A stretch of DNA of 64,000 nucleotides, taken from a virus. The position numbers and the translations under genes are program-made. The stretch's first letter is position 1. Every line of letters begins with the position of its first letter. The DNA lies in the IMG/VR virus record IMGVR_UViG_3300045988_180522; one strand, given 5' to 3'. Shown here one piece after another: positions 51,833 to 61,706 of this stretch. Below the pieces are notes generated by a model. That model did no database searches, was not told the DNA's origin, and worked only from the letters and a program-made list of their open reading frames with translations.

Positions 51833-53023
51833 ATGAAGAATATACAACAGTTACTGGCAAAGGATAAAGAATCAGGGGAGTGGATACATATATACCCACT
51901 GTCATTTGTAGAGACTGTATATAATGGTGCTACAGGTGAAAGACTGGATAATATACTGTTCCATTTCAACTGTATTGCAGTTCCATATAAAGGGACTATA
52001 TATGATACCAGGAATTCTGTAAGGAAGCAATTCCGCAGGAAGGGTCTTGAGATTTCCTATATCATGACAGATGGTACCATAAAGATAGAAAGGTATACTG
52101 CCATGGTAGTAGACGACAGAAGCTGGGGAGACGATGAAAACTGGGAATCTGCCAGTAACAGGGATATTCCGAAAGGCAGTATTACCTCTGAATCTTTATC
52201 CAGAGAACTTCTTGAGTATCTTGAAGGTGTGGTAGGTCAGAAGGGAGATAAGGGGGATCCAGGTGATGACGGGGAGGCGGCTACAATATCTGTCGGCACT
52301 GTACATACTGTACAGCCTAATGAAGAAGCTAAAGTGGTAAATTCAGGGACTCCGAACAAAGCTATGTTTGATTTCTGGATTCCCAGAGGAGTAAATGGCA
52401 CCACCCCGGACCTGGAGGTTGGAAATGTTGAGACATTGGATCCTGGTACCGATGCCAGAGCTTCCATTACAGGACCTCTGGAATTTCCCAAACTGAATCT
52501 TTTTATTCCTAGAGGGGATAAAGGGGATTTCTTTTTTATGGTATTGAATACGAACAGCATCTTTGTAGATGCTTTCGGAATACCTTATCCCGGTGAATTA
52601 CATGCCACCATACGAAGGATAGACGGGTTTGGGGACCAGTCTGTAATTCCCTGTTATTACCAGATAGATGAAAGTCTTGACGGGGTGGACTTCCATACTG
52701 TATACAGGTCAGGCTCCTCTCCTGAAAAGGAGATGACTCCTTTTAAACTTCCCGGCAATGATGAATGCCGCAGATGTTACATGATAAAGGCCTTCCTGGA
52801 CCCCGGTTTTGACCTTGCCGTATCTGTTGAATACATATGGAGGGTAAAGGACGGGGAACCTAATACCCCTCAGGAGGTTATAGATATGCTTAAGGCTTAT
52901 CTGAAAGAATCAGGAGCTAACCAGGTGGCTTTTATAACAGATGAAGGAGATCTTGTGGGAGGAGGCTCTTATGAGGAATTTGAAGAAGCAGTATTAAATG
53001 AATTACCTGATGCATTAAAATAA
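51833..53023 (+). CDS. tail fibre-like protein with short collagen-like segment
   Basis: GQKGDKGDPGDDGEAA then beta-rich C-terminus. Confidence 0.45.
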   Translation: MKNIQQLLAKDKESGEWIHIYPLSFVETVYNGATGERLDNILFHFNCIAVPYKGTIYDTRNSVRKQFRRKGLEISYIMTDGTIKIERYTAMVVDDRSWGDDENWESASNRDIPKGSITSESLSRELLEYLEGVVGQKGDKGDPGDDGEAATISVGTVHTVQPNEEAKVVNSGTPNKAMFDFWIPRGVNGTTPDLEVGNVETLDPGTDARASITGPLEFPKLNLFIPRGDKGDFFFMVLNTNSIFVDAFGIPYPGELHATIRRIDGFGDQSVIPCYYQIDESLDGVDFHTVYRSGSSPEKEMTPFKLPGNDECRRCYMIKAFLDPGFDLAVSVEYIWRVKDGEPNTPQEVIDMLKAYLKESGANQVAFITDEGDLVGGGSYEEFEEAVLNELPDALK

Positions 53024-53030
53024 GACTGAG

Positions 53031-56000
53031 ATGGATAAAATCTTACAGCAAATAGGAACGTTTCTAGGAAGAAAATTCAGTAAAATATATACTATTTTCA
53101 ACGATAAGTATAATGAACTGGATAATAAAAAGGTAGACAAGGAGGAAGGTAAGGAGCTGATGCCTTCACCGGAAGGAGCTTCTGATACTGTATTTCTGTC
53201 TGAAACAGGATGGAGAGAAGTGAACACAGATAAGATCAGGACTCATGTCATAAGCATTTCTATTCCTTTTGATTCTGCATGGGATTTTAATGGCGCACAG
53301 GAGATTACCCTGGAAGAAGGTGATTATGACAGGGATGAGGCCGATTCATTTATATATGACTATTTCAGGTATAATAATCCAAATGTAGTAATAAGGAATA
53401 CTAATACTACTACACAGTCTGCTCAAAAAGGTTATCATACTGTATGGAAGGTAGCCCTGGATACCATTGCAGAAGGAAGAGCTTTAAGACTTTATCTGGA
53501 TATTCCTGAGAATCTGAGTTTTACCATGGCTCCTGAAAGAGATAGTGCCAGATTTACAAGATATTGTATTCTCCTCTATCTGTCTCAGGATGAAGGGAAT
53601 CAGACCTATACACTCAATAGTATAGGAATACTTCCGAATGGTACTGACAGTTTCATCCCAAGGAAATACCTGGATGGTAAGTTAAGTGACATTACAAGTT
53701 CTTATCTGCCATTATCCGGAGGATTGATGACTGGTAATATAGCTTTCCCTGATGGTAAGGGACTTGGATCTGCTGTCGGCCAGTCTGATTTACTGGTAAG
53801 GAGCGGGAATATTGTAAAGCTTGGATCTGCCGGATTTTCTGCCAGATTATATGCTGAAAATCCTGTTGTCCGTGAGGGCCAGGAGGGGATGTTTACAATG
53901 TATGACACTTCGAATCTGGATATAGATAAGCCGTTTGTAACTGATCTGTGGGCTGTATATGATGCAGAAGGTAAAAATACCCAGAGTATAGCTGTAGATT
54001 TGTATAATCCTGTTGCTAAGTCAGCGACTAAGGTATACAGGGAATTACTGCCTGTCACTGATACGAATATGGGTCTTATAACTCCCTACTATAAGTCAAC
54101 TTTAGATGGATTAATAGGTCCATCCGGGAATAAATTAAATATTTATGGCACACCTTCTTCTGCGTGGATGATAGGCTCTGTAGGGCCTGTATTGAAGAAT
54201 TCAGGAGGTATATTTGAGCTGCGTAATAATATAGATAATGCCTATACTGACCTTATCCTCAATAATATTACAATTAAGGGTAATGTTACCCAGGAAGGGT
54301 CATCATTCATAACAGAAGCTGAGACTGTAGAAGTATCCGATAATATTCTTCTTTTAAACAGAGGGGAGGTAGGATCCGGGGTTACAAAGGGAATTTCAGG
54401 TATACAGGTAGATCGGGGAGCCCTTACTGATTATCAGTTTATATTCGACGAATCTGATGACAGGTTCAAGGTAGGGGTAGAAGGGGATTTATGGCCTGTG
54501 ATGTTAAGGAACAATGAATCTGATCTTAGTGATAAGTTCTTCCTGTCATGGGATGCTTCCCTTAAAAGAGCAGTAACTACGAATGTTGTTCCTGAAACAG
54601 GGCTTCTCTTTTCAGGTGGAGTAAGTAATCACCCTGAATATGATATTACTGTAGCAGCAACTGGTAGTGGTAGTATTGGATTCGGTGCTTTACAAGCGAA
54701 CACCCCATGGTCATGTACAATAGGATATAATTTAAATACCAGAGATGTGCCAAGTGCTGATATTCTGGACTTTGCCACATCATTGAATGCTTACAGGTAT
54801 GATAAGCCTTCCGTATTAAACATGATATATTTTGATACCTATCTTAGCCCTAACAGTATAGAGCCATACGGAACCAGTAGTATATCACTGACTACAGGAT
54901 CCGGTGATGATCTTATACATACTAAAGGAGGTCAGAATTATATCATCTATGATTCCAGTAATCTGAATATAGAAGAACTAGCTACTAAGGACGACATATC
55001 AGGCTTAGGTACTGTATACTATCCTTATAGTGGCAGAGGTCATATGACTATAGGAGCAGATGGGAGACCTATATTAGCTAATAACCAAGGAATACTATTT
55101 AATACAACATCTGATGCTGTTGAAGGAATATACGTAACTACTAATGGCCATTTAATTATTGGAGGTTCTAAATTTAATAATATTCCTGTAGATATTTATA
55201 ATGACCTGAGTATAGCCAGAATTCTTGACAGAGCTACTAATTTTTCTCTTCTTGTATTCAGTAACGGAGGTACTGAGGATTCACAGTACACTCATATAGG
55301 AGCTGAACACGGAACTACGAGAATAAGATCAGGATTATTTAATTTAGTACATGATAGGGGAGGTACGTTATATACAGTATTTGACGGATATAATTTTTCC
55401 AGGAATCTTGATACTATAAGCATAAATAGTTCATTTAACCATCTTCCAATGATGGCAGCTCAAATAAAAAGTGGTGATGCTACTACTGATAGAGGATATC
55501 CTATACAAGAGGCAGGATCTCTCGTTGTTATTCCGGGAACATATCATGGATCTAGTCAAATTTATGGTACATATAGTACTAATAGGTGGTTTGTGAGAGG
55601 AGGATCTAATTCTTTGGAAGATCCTACAGCACATACATCTTGGAAAGAATTAGCTACTACGAATCATTTGAGTAATTATTTGCCTCTGACTGGTGGTACT
55701 ATGACTGGGAATATAATGTTCCCTACTTCGGAAGTTTATATAGTACAGACTCTTGCATCAACATCAAATTATGGTGCTCCTATTAGATGGATGGTAGGTA
55801 ATGAAACAAGGGCTATGATAGGATATCATACTACAGGAGGAGATGGCACTGCTGGAGCTATAATAATAACTCCTACAAATCCAGGGAGTTCTCCTTGGGA
55901 GAATGGTAATGGGTTATTTTTAGACAGAAATAAGATTTACTTTAATGGACAGGAATTAGCTAAAGTATCTCAAATTCCTTCTACATCTGATTTTTTACCA

Positions 56001-57185
56001 TTATCTGGAGGGACTCTTACTGGAGAGTTAACTGTTCCAAGAATTAACACAGGTCATATAGAAAGTATAGATGGTAATGCTCTACTAACCTACCGTCAAG
56101 CTGGAATTACTGGAGTAACTAATGAACAAGTAGGAGTTGGTACCATAGCAAATCAAATGATACTGCGATCAAATAATACTAATTTAATGCACTACAAAAA
56201 TGGTACACAATATACTATTTTAGATACGTCTAACATAGCATCATTGACTATCCAATTCAACGGATCTACTAATACTACCTATGCTCCTAATGCAGCTAAA
56301 ACTGTAAATATCACTCCTGCTGCTATTGGGGCAGCTGCTTCCAGTCATACACATACAACACTTCAAGGGACTTATACAGGTTCTGGAGGGTCTCAGCCAC
56401 CAAGTTATGTTACAGCAGGAACACTAAGAGCTAATATGATGTATTATAATATGTCCGGAAGTCCTTATTGTGACTGGTTAATGATGGATACATATACCGG
56501 ATCTGATGTGCCTTATGTCACTATGATAGGGGTGACAAAGACTGCAACTCCAAGAGCTTTTATTGCTTCTGGTCCTAAAGGTAATGCAAGTACCAGTTCC
56601 TGGGTAAGAAAAGAACTTGCCACTGTAGATGCTATTCCGACAACTATGGCGTGGGGTAGTATTACAGGAAAACCATCATTTGCTACCGTAGCTACATCCG
56701 GAAGTTATAATGATTTAAGTAACAGGCCTTCTATTCCAAGTGCTGAGACAGCTGCTACTATTATGTCAAAAATTAACTCCCAGTCTGAAATTACTTTCAG
56801 TAAACACGTAGTATGTTCAGCCGGAGCAGGTACTTCTTCTACATCTGATATCAGATTTAAGAACAATATCACCCCCCTGGCCCCTGTATTGTCACATGTT
56901 CTTGGATCACCCGGATTCTTCTATACATGGAAGGATGAGGATGAAGTACTGATAGGGACATCGGCTCAGTATTGGGAAGGCAGGATTACAGAGCTTGTAA
57001 GGGAGATAAATGATGAGGATAAAACCAAAACATTCTCCTATGAGAGATACACTGTTATATTACAGGAAGCTCTTAAAGAGGAACATATGCTAAGAGAAAC
57101 AGAGAAGGAAGAGTATAGAAAAGAGATTTGTTCTCTGAGAGAGGAATTGGAAGATTTGAAAAGACTAATACAGAAACTGTTATGA
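53031..57185 (+). CDS. tail fibre/spike protein with C-terminal intramolecular chaperone (peptidase S74-like) domain
   Basis: three LPLSGG(T/L)(M/L)TG fibre repeats; C-terminal SDIRFKNNITPL...GTSAQYWEG autoproteolytic chaperone signature. Confidence 0.7.
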   Translation: MDKILQQIGTFLGRKFSKIYTIFNDKYNELDNKKVDKEEGKELMPSPEGASDTVFLSETGWREVNTDKIRTHVISISIPFDSAWDFNGAQEITLEEGDYDRDEADSFIYDYFRYNNPNVVIRNTNTTTQSAQKGYHTVWKVALDTIAEGRALRLYLDIPENLSFTMAPERDSARFTRYCILLYLSQDEGNQTYTLNSIGILPNGTDSFIPRKYLDGKLSDITSSYLPLSGGLMTGNIAFPDGKGLGSAVGQSDLLVRSGNIVKLGSAGFSARLYAENPVVREGQEGMFTMYDTSNLDIDKPFVTDLWAVYDAEGKNTQSIAVDLYNPVAKSATKVYRELLPVTDTNMGLITPYYKSTLDGLIGPSGNKLNIYGTPSSAWMIGSVGPVLKNSGGIFELRNNIDNAYTDLILNNITIKGNVTQEGSSFITEAETVEVSDNILLLNRGEVGSGVTKGISGIQVDRGALTDYQFIFDESDDRFKVGVEGDLWPVMLRNNESDLSDKFFLSWDASLKRAVTTNVVPETGLLFSGGVSNHPEYDITVAATGSGSIGFGALQANTPWSCTIGYNLNTRDVPSADILDFATSLNAYRYDKPSVLNMIYFDTYLSPNSIEPYGTSSISLTTGSGDDLIHTKGGQNYIIYDSSNLNIEELATKDDISGLGTVYYPYSGRGHMTIGADGRPILANNQGILFNTTSDAVEGIYVTTNGHLIIGGSKFNNIPVDIYNDLSIARILDRATNFSLLVFSNGGTEDSQYTHIGAEHGTTRIRSGLFNLVHDRGGTLYTVFDGYNFSRNLDTISINSSFNHLPMMAAQIKSGDATTDRGYPIQEAGSLVVIPGTYHGSSQIYGTYSTNRWFVRGGSNSLEDPTAHTSWKELATTNHLSNYLPLTGGTMTGNIMFPTSEVYIVQTLASTSNYGAPIRWMVGNETRAMIGYHTTGGDGTAGAIIITPTNPGSSPWENGNGLFLDRNKIYFNGQELAKVSQIPSTSDFLPLSGGTLTGELTVPRINTGHIESIDGNALLTYRQAGITGVTNEQVGVGTIANQMILRSNNTNLMHYKNGTQYTILDTSNIASLTIQFNGSTNTTYAPNAAKTVNITPAAIGAAASSHTHTTLQGTYTGSGGSQPPSYVTAGTLRANMMYYNMSGSPYCDWLMMDTYTGSDVPYVTMIGVTKTATPRAFIASGPKGNASTSSWVRKELATVDAIPTTMAWGSITGKPSFATVATSGSYNDLSNRPSIPSAETAATIMSKINSQSEITFSKHVVCSAGAGTSSTSDIRFKNNITPLAPVLSHVLGSPGFFYTWKDEDEVLIGTSAQYWEGRITELVREINDEDKTKTFSYERYTVILQEALKEEHMLRETEKEEYRKEICSLREELEDLKRLIQKLL

Positions 57186-57967
57186 GCAAGGAATTTCTGA
57201 CTGTCAGGGATGCTTCCAATAAACTGGGACTTCCGGGCAGTACAAACACATATACCTTTATAACAAAAGGAGCAGCTATTACTGCCGGAGCGGATCCTGA
57301 TCTTCTCACCGGATACGGATATAATGATTTTCCTGTGGATGATGATATTCAGATAGGATCGACTCTCCTTCTCAGGTATGATGGTCCTACAAATACTTTT
57401 ACTCAGGGAGCTATAGGTGCCACAAAAAAAGGTACTATTACAGCAGGGAGTCTGGGAGCAACATTTGCTGTGAATGCAGGATATAACATAGATAAAATTA
57501 CTACTGATGATATTAGTAAGACTTGGTCTACTTTCAGACTGTTTTTTCGAGGTCAGATAACAGGCCCTTCTGATATCAGCTTGCCTAATTTTTATCCGAT
57601 GTGCTCTATCTTAGCATATTATGGTGGTACTGACAGAACTTGTGGTATAAATGTCATTAGAAAGAGTGACGGAACATGGTGGGTTACATTCAGAGTAATA
57701 AACGATTCAACTGCTACCGCATACCTGACTATAGACCTGTTTCAACTTCCTAGTGCCACACAAGGATTTACTGCTATAGTAGATTTAAAAAGTGATGGTA
57801 ATATATATCATAATTCATCCTATTCAGATAATAGTGCAGGAGTAGTATATAATACAAACGGATCTATAACAAATATGAAAAATCAGCAAGTTATATTAGG
57901 AGGATGGAGTTTTTCCAATCCGGCGATGATAGTAAATGAGTTTAAAATAGAAACATTTGATAAGTAA
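57128..57967 (+). CDS. tail-associated protein (hypothetical)
   Basis: ORF track; overlaps fibre gene end. Confidence 0.4.
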   Translation: MFSERGIGRFEKTNTETVMSKEFLTVRDASNKLGLPGSTNTYTFITKGAAITAGADPDLLTGYGYNDFPVDDDIQIGSTLLLRYDGPTNTFTQGAIGATKKGTITAGSLGATFAVNAGYNIDKITTDDISKTWSTFRLFFRGQITGPSDISLPNFYPMCSILAYYGGTDRTCGINVIRKSDGTWWVTFRVINDSTATAYLTIDLFQLPSATQGFTAIVDLKSDGNIYHNSSYSDNSAGVVYNTNGSITNMKNQQVILGGWSFSNPAMIVNEFKIETFDK

Positions 57968-58052
57968 TGGCAGAATTTATTACAGAAGCTAATTTAAATA
58001 GTTTGTTTACCAAAACAGCTCCTACAAAAGCAGATACTATTCAGGGGGGGGG

Positions 58053-58301
58053 ATGTTGATACAGTCAGGACTTAGTAACTTTAATACTGGTAATATGACT
58101 GCAGTAGTATCTTTTCCGAAAACATTTCCTACCAAGTGCTGTATGGTACAACTTACTCCTAACAACTATTACGGCCACTGGGCCAAAGGAGATGTTCTAA
58201 CTATCAAATCTTTCTCAAATTCCTCACTTACAGTGGAATTAGTAGGAACTGCTCCGGTAAGTAACAGAAATGAGTTTTTCTGGCTGGCAATAGGATATTA
58301 A
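58053..58301 (+). CDS. small hypothetical protein
   Basis: ORF track. Confidence 0.4.
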   Translation: MLIQSGLSNFNTGNMTAVVSFPKTFPTKCCMVQLTPNNYYGHWAKGDVLTIKSFSNSSLTVELVGTAPVSNRNEFFWLAIGY

Positions 58302-58329
58302 CAGCTTAAACACTTTAAATCAGATAGCT

Positions 58330-58743
58330 ATGACAATGACAGGAATTGACTTTAAAATGCGGAGAGGCCTTATATGGCTCTCAGAAAATGGTAAGGATAT
58401 CAGGGAATCCGTTGAAGAGATCCTTACTGAGGCAAAATCTGCGAATGCTGAACTTACGCAGATCACAGGATCTTTGGCATCTGTAGGAGCAGATGTGGCA
58501 GAAATTGCCAGTACTGCCACTGATACCAAGGATAATACAGACACCATGAAGGCTTCACTGACTTCACTGGATACTAAGGCTGAGCAGACCAATACGAAAC
58601 TGGATACTGTTATTTCAAAACTTGATACCTTGAATACCAGTATCACATCCCTGGCTGCCAAAATAGAAGCTGTTACTTCTGCTGTAAATACTCAGGGGGC
58701 AGCTATTGTGTCTGCTATACAGAGTACAGGAGGGGGAGCGTAG
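58330..58743 (+). CDS. coiled-coil fibre-like protein
   Basis: T/S-rich heptad repeats. Confidence 0.45.
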   Translation: MTMTGIDFKMRRGLIWLSENGKDIRESVEEILTEAKSANAELTQITGSLASVGADVAEIASTATDTKDNTDTMKASLTSLDTKAEQTNTKLDTVISKLDTLNTSITSLAAKIEAVTSAVNTQGAAIVSAIQSTGGGA

Positions 58744-58819
58744 GACATAAAATCTGTTTAGATTTATTTGTTATATCTGTGTAATGTATTATATTTGTCA
58801 TAATAAATAAATGTGATAT

Positions 58820-59437
58820 ATGTCTGTCAGCTCTAAAATACTGGTAATATTTCTGGTTCTTACAGGACTTATAGCTGTTATAGCTGTCAAGGATCATAAG
58901 ATAAAGAAATTATCAGATGCTGTTTCGAGGCAGGAGGTTAACCTGAAGGCTTATGATTCAGAGAACAGTTTACTGAAATCTGAGAACAGGGCTTTCAAAT
59001 ATACTATACAGGAGTATAAATACAGACATGATTCTGTTCTGTTTAAGCTTCGTCAGATCCAGGAGGAGCTGGGAATAAAGGATTCGAAGCTTAAACAGGT
59101 TCAGTACTTGCTGACACAGTCTGCACGTATTGATACTGTTTTTATGGCAGATACAATATTTAGTGATAGTTTCGTCGAAGCTGACACTGTGATAGGTGAT
59201 AAGTGGTTTTCTGTAAGATTAGGATTACATTATCCTAATCTTATTTCAGTATCCCCTTCATTTGTAAGTGAACTGAGTATATTTACAAGTGCCAGAAAAG
59301 AGACTATTAATAAAAGGAAGAAGTTTTTCCTATGGAGATTATTTCAGAAAAAACATACTGTTCTCATCACAGATATATATGACAGTAATCCATATTCCTC
59401 TGTTAAGAAAAGTAAGTTTATAGAAATAGTTGACTAA
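58820..59437 (+). CDS. membrane-anchored protein (N-terminal TM; lysis-cassette candidate)
   Basis: ILVIFLVLTGLIAVIAV helix. Confidence 0.4.
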   Translation: MSVSSKILVIFLVLTGLIAVIAVKDHKIKKLSDAVSRQEVNLKAYDSENSLLKSENRAFKYTIQEYKYRHDSVLFKLRQIQEELGIKDSKLKQVQYLLTQSARIDTVFMADTIFSDSFVEADTVIGDKWFSVRLGLHYPNLISVSPSFVSELSIFTSARKETINKRKKFFLWRLFQKKHTVLITDIYDSNPYSSVKKSKFIEIVD

Positions 59438-59442
59438 CCTGT

Positions 59443-59889
59443 ATGTGTACAAGAAAAGAATTATATCAGATAATGGTTATGGAAACTGAAGTTACTTTAG
59501 CTCTCATAGGATTTGCTACTTCTATCACCTCAGGAATTATTTCCTACAGGGCAGGGAAGGGGTCCAGGAGACGGGATAATGCAGAGGCATCGGCGGCTGA
59601 ATATGAGTCCCTGAATAAAATGAGGGAATTCTATACTCAGACACTTGAAGCCGTAAATTCCCGTATGGAAGAACTGAGTGCCCATGACAAGAACAGCCGT
59701 AAGAAGAAATATATTCTCAGGTCTATTATAGACTGGCTGTCAGGAATTGCTTGTAAGGACACCCACTGTGATAAGAGAGTTTCCCTGTCACAGACTGAGA
59801 TCGATGCTATTACTAATGAATCCAGTATAGTAGAATTTAATATCAAACAGGATGGAGATAAAAGTAGAGAGGACATTTCTGGGCAGTGA
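59443..59889 (+). CDS. small N-terminal-TM protein (holin/spanin-like candidate)
   Basis: TM LALIGFATSITSGIISY; overlaps next gene by 38 nt. Confidence 0.35.
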   Translation: MCTRKELYQIMVMETEVTLALIGFATSITSGIISYRAGKGSRRRDNAEASAAEYESLNKMREFYTQTLEAVNSRMEELSAHDKNSRKKKYILRSIIDWLSGIACKDTHCDKRVSLSQTEIDAITNESSIVEFNIKQDGDKSREDISGQ

Positions 59890-60265
59890 TTACACTGTAG
59901 GGAAAATGTATATTGACGGTGAATATTTCAGTGATACCCTGGAGGATACTGTACGTGACCTTACAAAGGAAAAGAAAGTATATGGTAAGACGGCTATTCC
60001 TGCCGGAAGGTATGAGGTAATACTCAATTATTCCCCAAAGTTTAAGAAAGAGTTGCCGAGGCTCCTTAATGTCCCTCATTTCGACGGGATTCTTATTCAC
60101 AGCGGTGTCACCCCTGAGCATACTGAAGGGTGTATCCTTATAGGTGAAAACAAGGTAAAAGGACAGGTTCTTAATGGCAGGTATTATCAGCAGGTTCTGG
60201 TAGACAGGTTTGCCAAAGAGAGACAGGAAGGCAAGAAATCATATATCACTATTACAAATGGGTAA
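59852..60265 (+). CDS. putative cell-wall-active enzyme with YkuD-like His...Cys motif
   Basis: ILIHSGVTPEHTEGCILIG resembles L,D-transpeptidase catalytic H-x(n)-GC motif; sits in lysis-like cassette. Confidence 0.35.
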   Translation: MEIKVERTFLGSDYTVGKMYIDGEYFSDTLEDTVRDLTKEKKVYGKTAIPAGRYEVILNYSPKFKKELPRLLNVPHFDGILIHSGVTPEHTEGCILIGENKVKGQVLNGRYYQQVLVDRFAKERQEGKKSYITITNG

Positions 60266-60488
60266 TACAATAATTGTCAGATGCAGCTGGCATTACCAGC
60301 CTTTCATATCAGAAGTAAGATTACGTGAATTAGCTGGCCTTGAATATCTATGGTAAAAGTATTATATGTAAAAGCTGCCGGATGCAGGAGAAGGGTCCCT
60401 CCTGTCCATACCTGTAAGATAAGGTAGCCACCCAGGGCCAGGAGAGTGGATTTTTAGAAGAAATTGTTTAATTTAAAATTGAAATATT

Positions 60489-60572
60489 ATGGGAAGACCA
60501 TCAACACCAAAAGGAAAAGCCGGATATACTCCTAAAGGAAGAAATGCCGGAAAGAAAAAGAAAGAAAAGTGA
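60489..60572 (+). CDS. 27-aa Lys-rich micro-ORF MGRPSTPKGKAGYTPKGRNAGKKKKEK
   Basis: ATG..TGA 4 nt upstream of next gene; below track cutoff. Confidence 0.2.
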   Translation: MGRPSTPKGKAGYTPKGRNAGKKKKEK

Positions 60573-60575
60573 TAT

Positions 60576-60989
60576 ATGGATAAGGTGATGTTATACAAAC
60601 TGGAGCTTATTTGTGTAAAGATAACTCCTATCCTTGTTTCTGCATTATATCTTCTGAATATCATCATGGATTATTGTGATCTTCGTAGTGATATATTAGA
60701 TTATATAGCAGGAACATCACTTCTCGCCACTATTCCTATGTATGTATCATCCTATGCCTTCAGATTCTGTAAGTATCATAGGATGTTCATACATTATATA
60801 GTGGTAAATAATATTATCACTATGATAGATGATTTAGTCTATATTCCTGTTTCTGATGCTGCTATGTTCAGTTTATTTCTTATAGTGGCTGGTATATTCA
60901 TGTATTTGGTATTATATTATCATATGAAATATGGCGATCGAAAAGTTTCTTTCCCTTCTTGCTACACATCTAAGAAATGTGGCAGATAA
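60576..60989 (+). CDS. multi-pass (about 4 TM) membrane protein
   Basis: four hydrophobic segments. Confidence 0.5.
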   Translation: MDKVMLYKLELICVKITPILVSALYLLNIIMDYCDLRSDILDYIAGTSLLATIPMYVSSYAFRFCKYHRMFIHYIVVNNIITMIDDLVYIPVSDAAMFSLFLIVAGIFMYLVLYYHMKYGDRKVSFPSCYTSKKCGR

Positions 60990-61275
60990 TATTGAAGCAG
61001 GAAATTCAAATATGTCTGAGGAAGAAGCTGTTTCCTTACTTGAGAATATACGCCGGGTTACTGACAGGGAAGAGATCATGAGTAAATATGAGGCATGCAG
61101 GTATCTGAATGTGGGCAGGAGTACATTTGATGGCTATGTAAGATCCGGTGAATTGCCGAGAGGTGTCAGGAAGCCGGGTTTTAAGAATATATTATTCCTG
61201 AAGAAAGACCTTGATCTTTTTATAAAGAAGAAAAGGGAAAAACATAATAAAAAAGACAGTAGCATCTGTTTATGA
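60931..61275 (+). CDS. helix-turn-helix DNA-binding protein (AlpA/MerR/excisionase-like HTH)
   Basis: ACRYLNVGRSTFDGYVRSGELP HTH-like segment. Confidence 0.5.
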   Translation: MAIEKFLSLLATHLRNVADNIEAGNSNMSEEEAVSLLENIRRVTDREEIMSKYEACRYLNVGRSTFDGYVRSGELPRGVRKPGFKNILFLKKDLDLFIKKKREKHNKKDSSICL

Positions 61276-61522
61276 CGCAGAATTTTTACTATTTTTGCTA
61301 TGTAAACAGTAAGAGAGAGAGTGCTCTGCCTGTGGTGAGGACAGAAGTAGTCTGGCCGGGTAACCATATAGATCATAAGTAGTAACCATTTTTTCTGCAT
61401 TAGGGTTGACTATTTTGATTTCCTGAGATCAGTTTTATTTCTCTTCTTTCCGTAAAGCAGAGCACATAACATAAGCAGACAGCCATTTTTACTGACCATA
61501 ATTGTATATTAGATTGTTGGAG

Positions 61523-61556
61523 GAGTCCGGTAAAAACCGGACTCTATTCTTTTTAT
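61523..61556 (+). terminator. rho-independent terminator
   Basis: gagtccgg-taaaaa-ccggactc then tattctttttat. Confidence 0.6.
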
Positions 61557-61706
61557 ATACCCGGCATCAAGACACCATCGTAACTTCCTCATTATTAAAC
61601 TCCTTCTCCTGGCCCTGGCAATGTTATGTTCAGAAAGTTCCCTGTAGTACATTTGGGTATAGATAGCTATCTGATATAACATTTAATCCTAAAAATTTAT
61701 CCTGTT

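Noticed and set aside
50342-57185. Diversity-generating retroelement acting on fibre genes
   Set aside because: No reverse transcriptase ORF and no template/variable repeat pair were seen in the window.
60473-60667. Minus-strand 64-aa ORF
   Set aside because: It is antisense to the micro-ORF and membrane gene of the plus block, with no supporting features.
60931-61275. Lysogeny module (excisionase-like HTH)
   Set aside because: No integrase/recombinase or repressor pair was found nearby, so the HTH protein is treated as a generic regulator.
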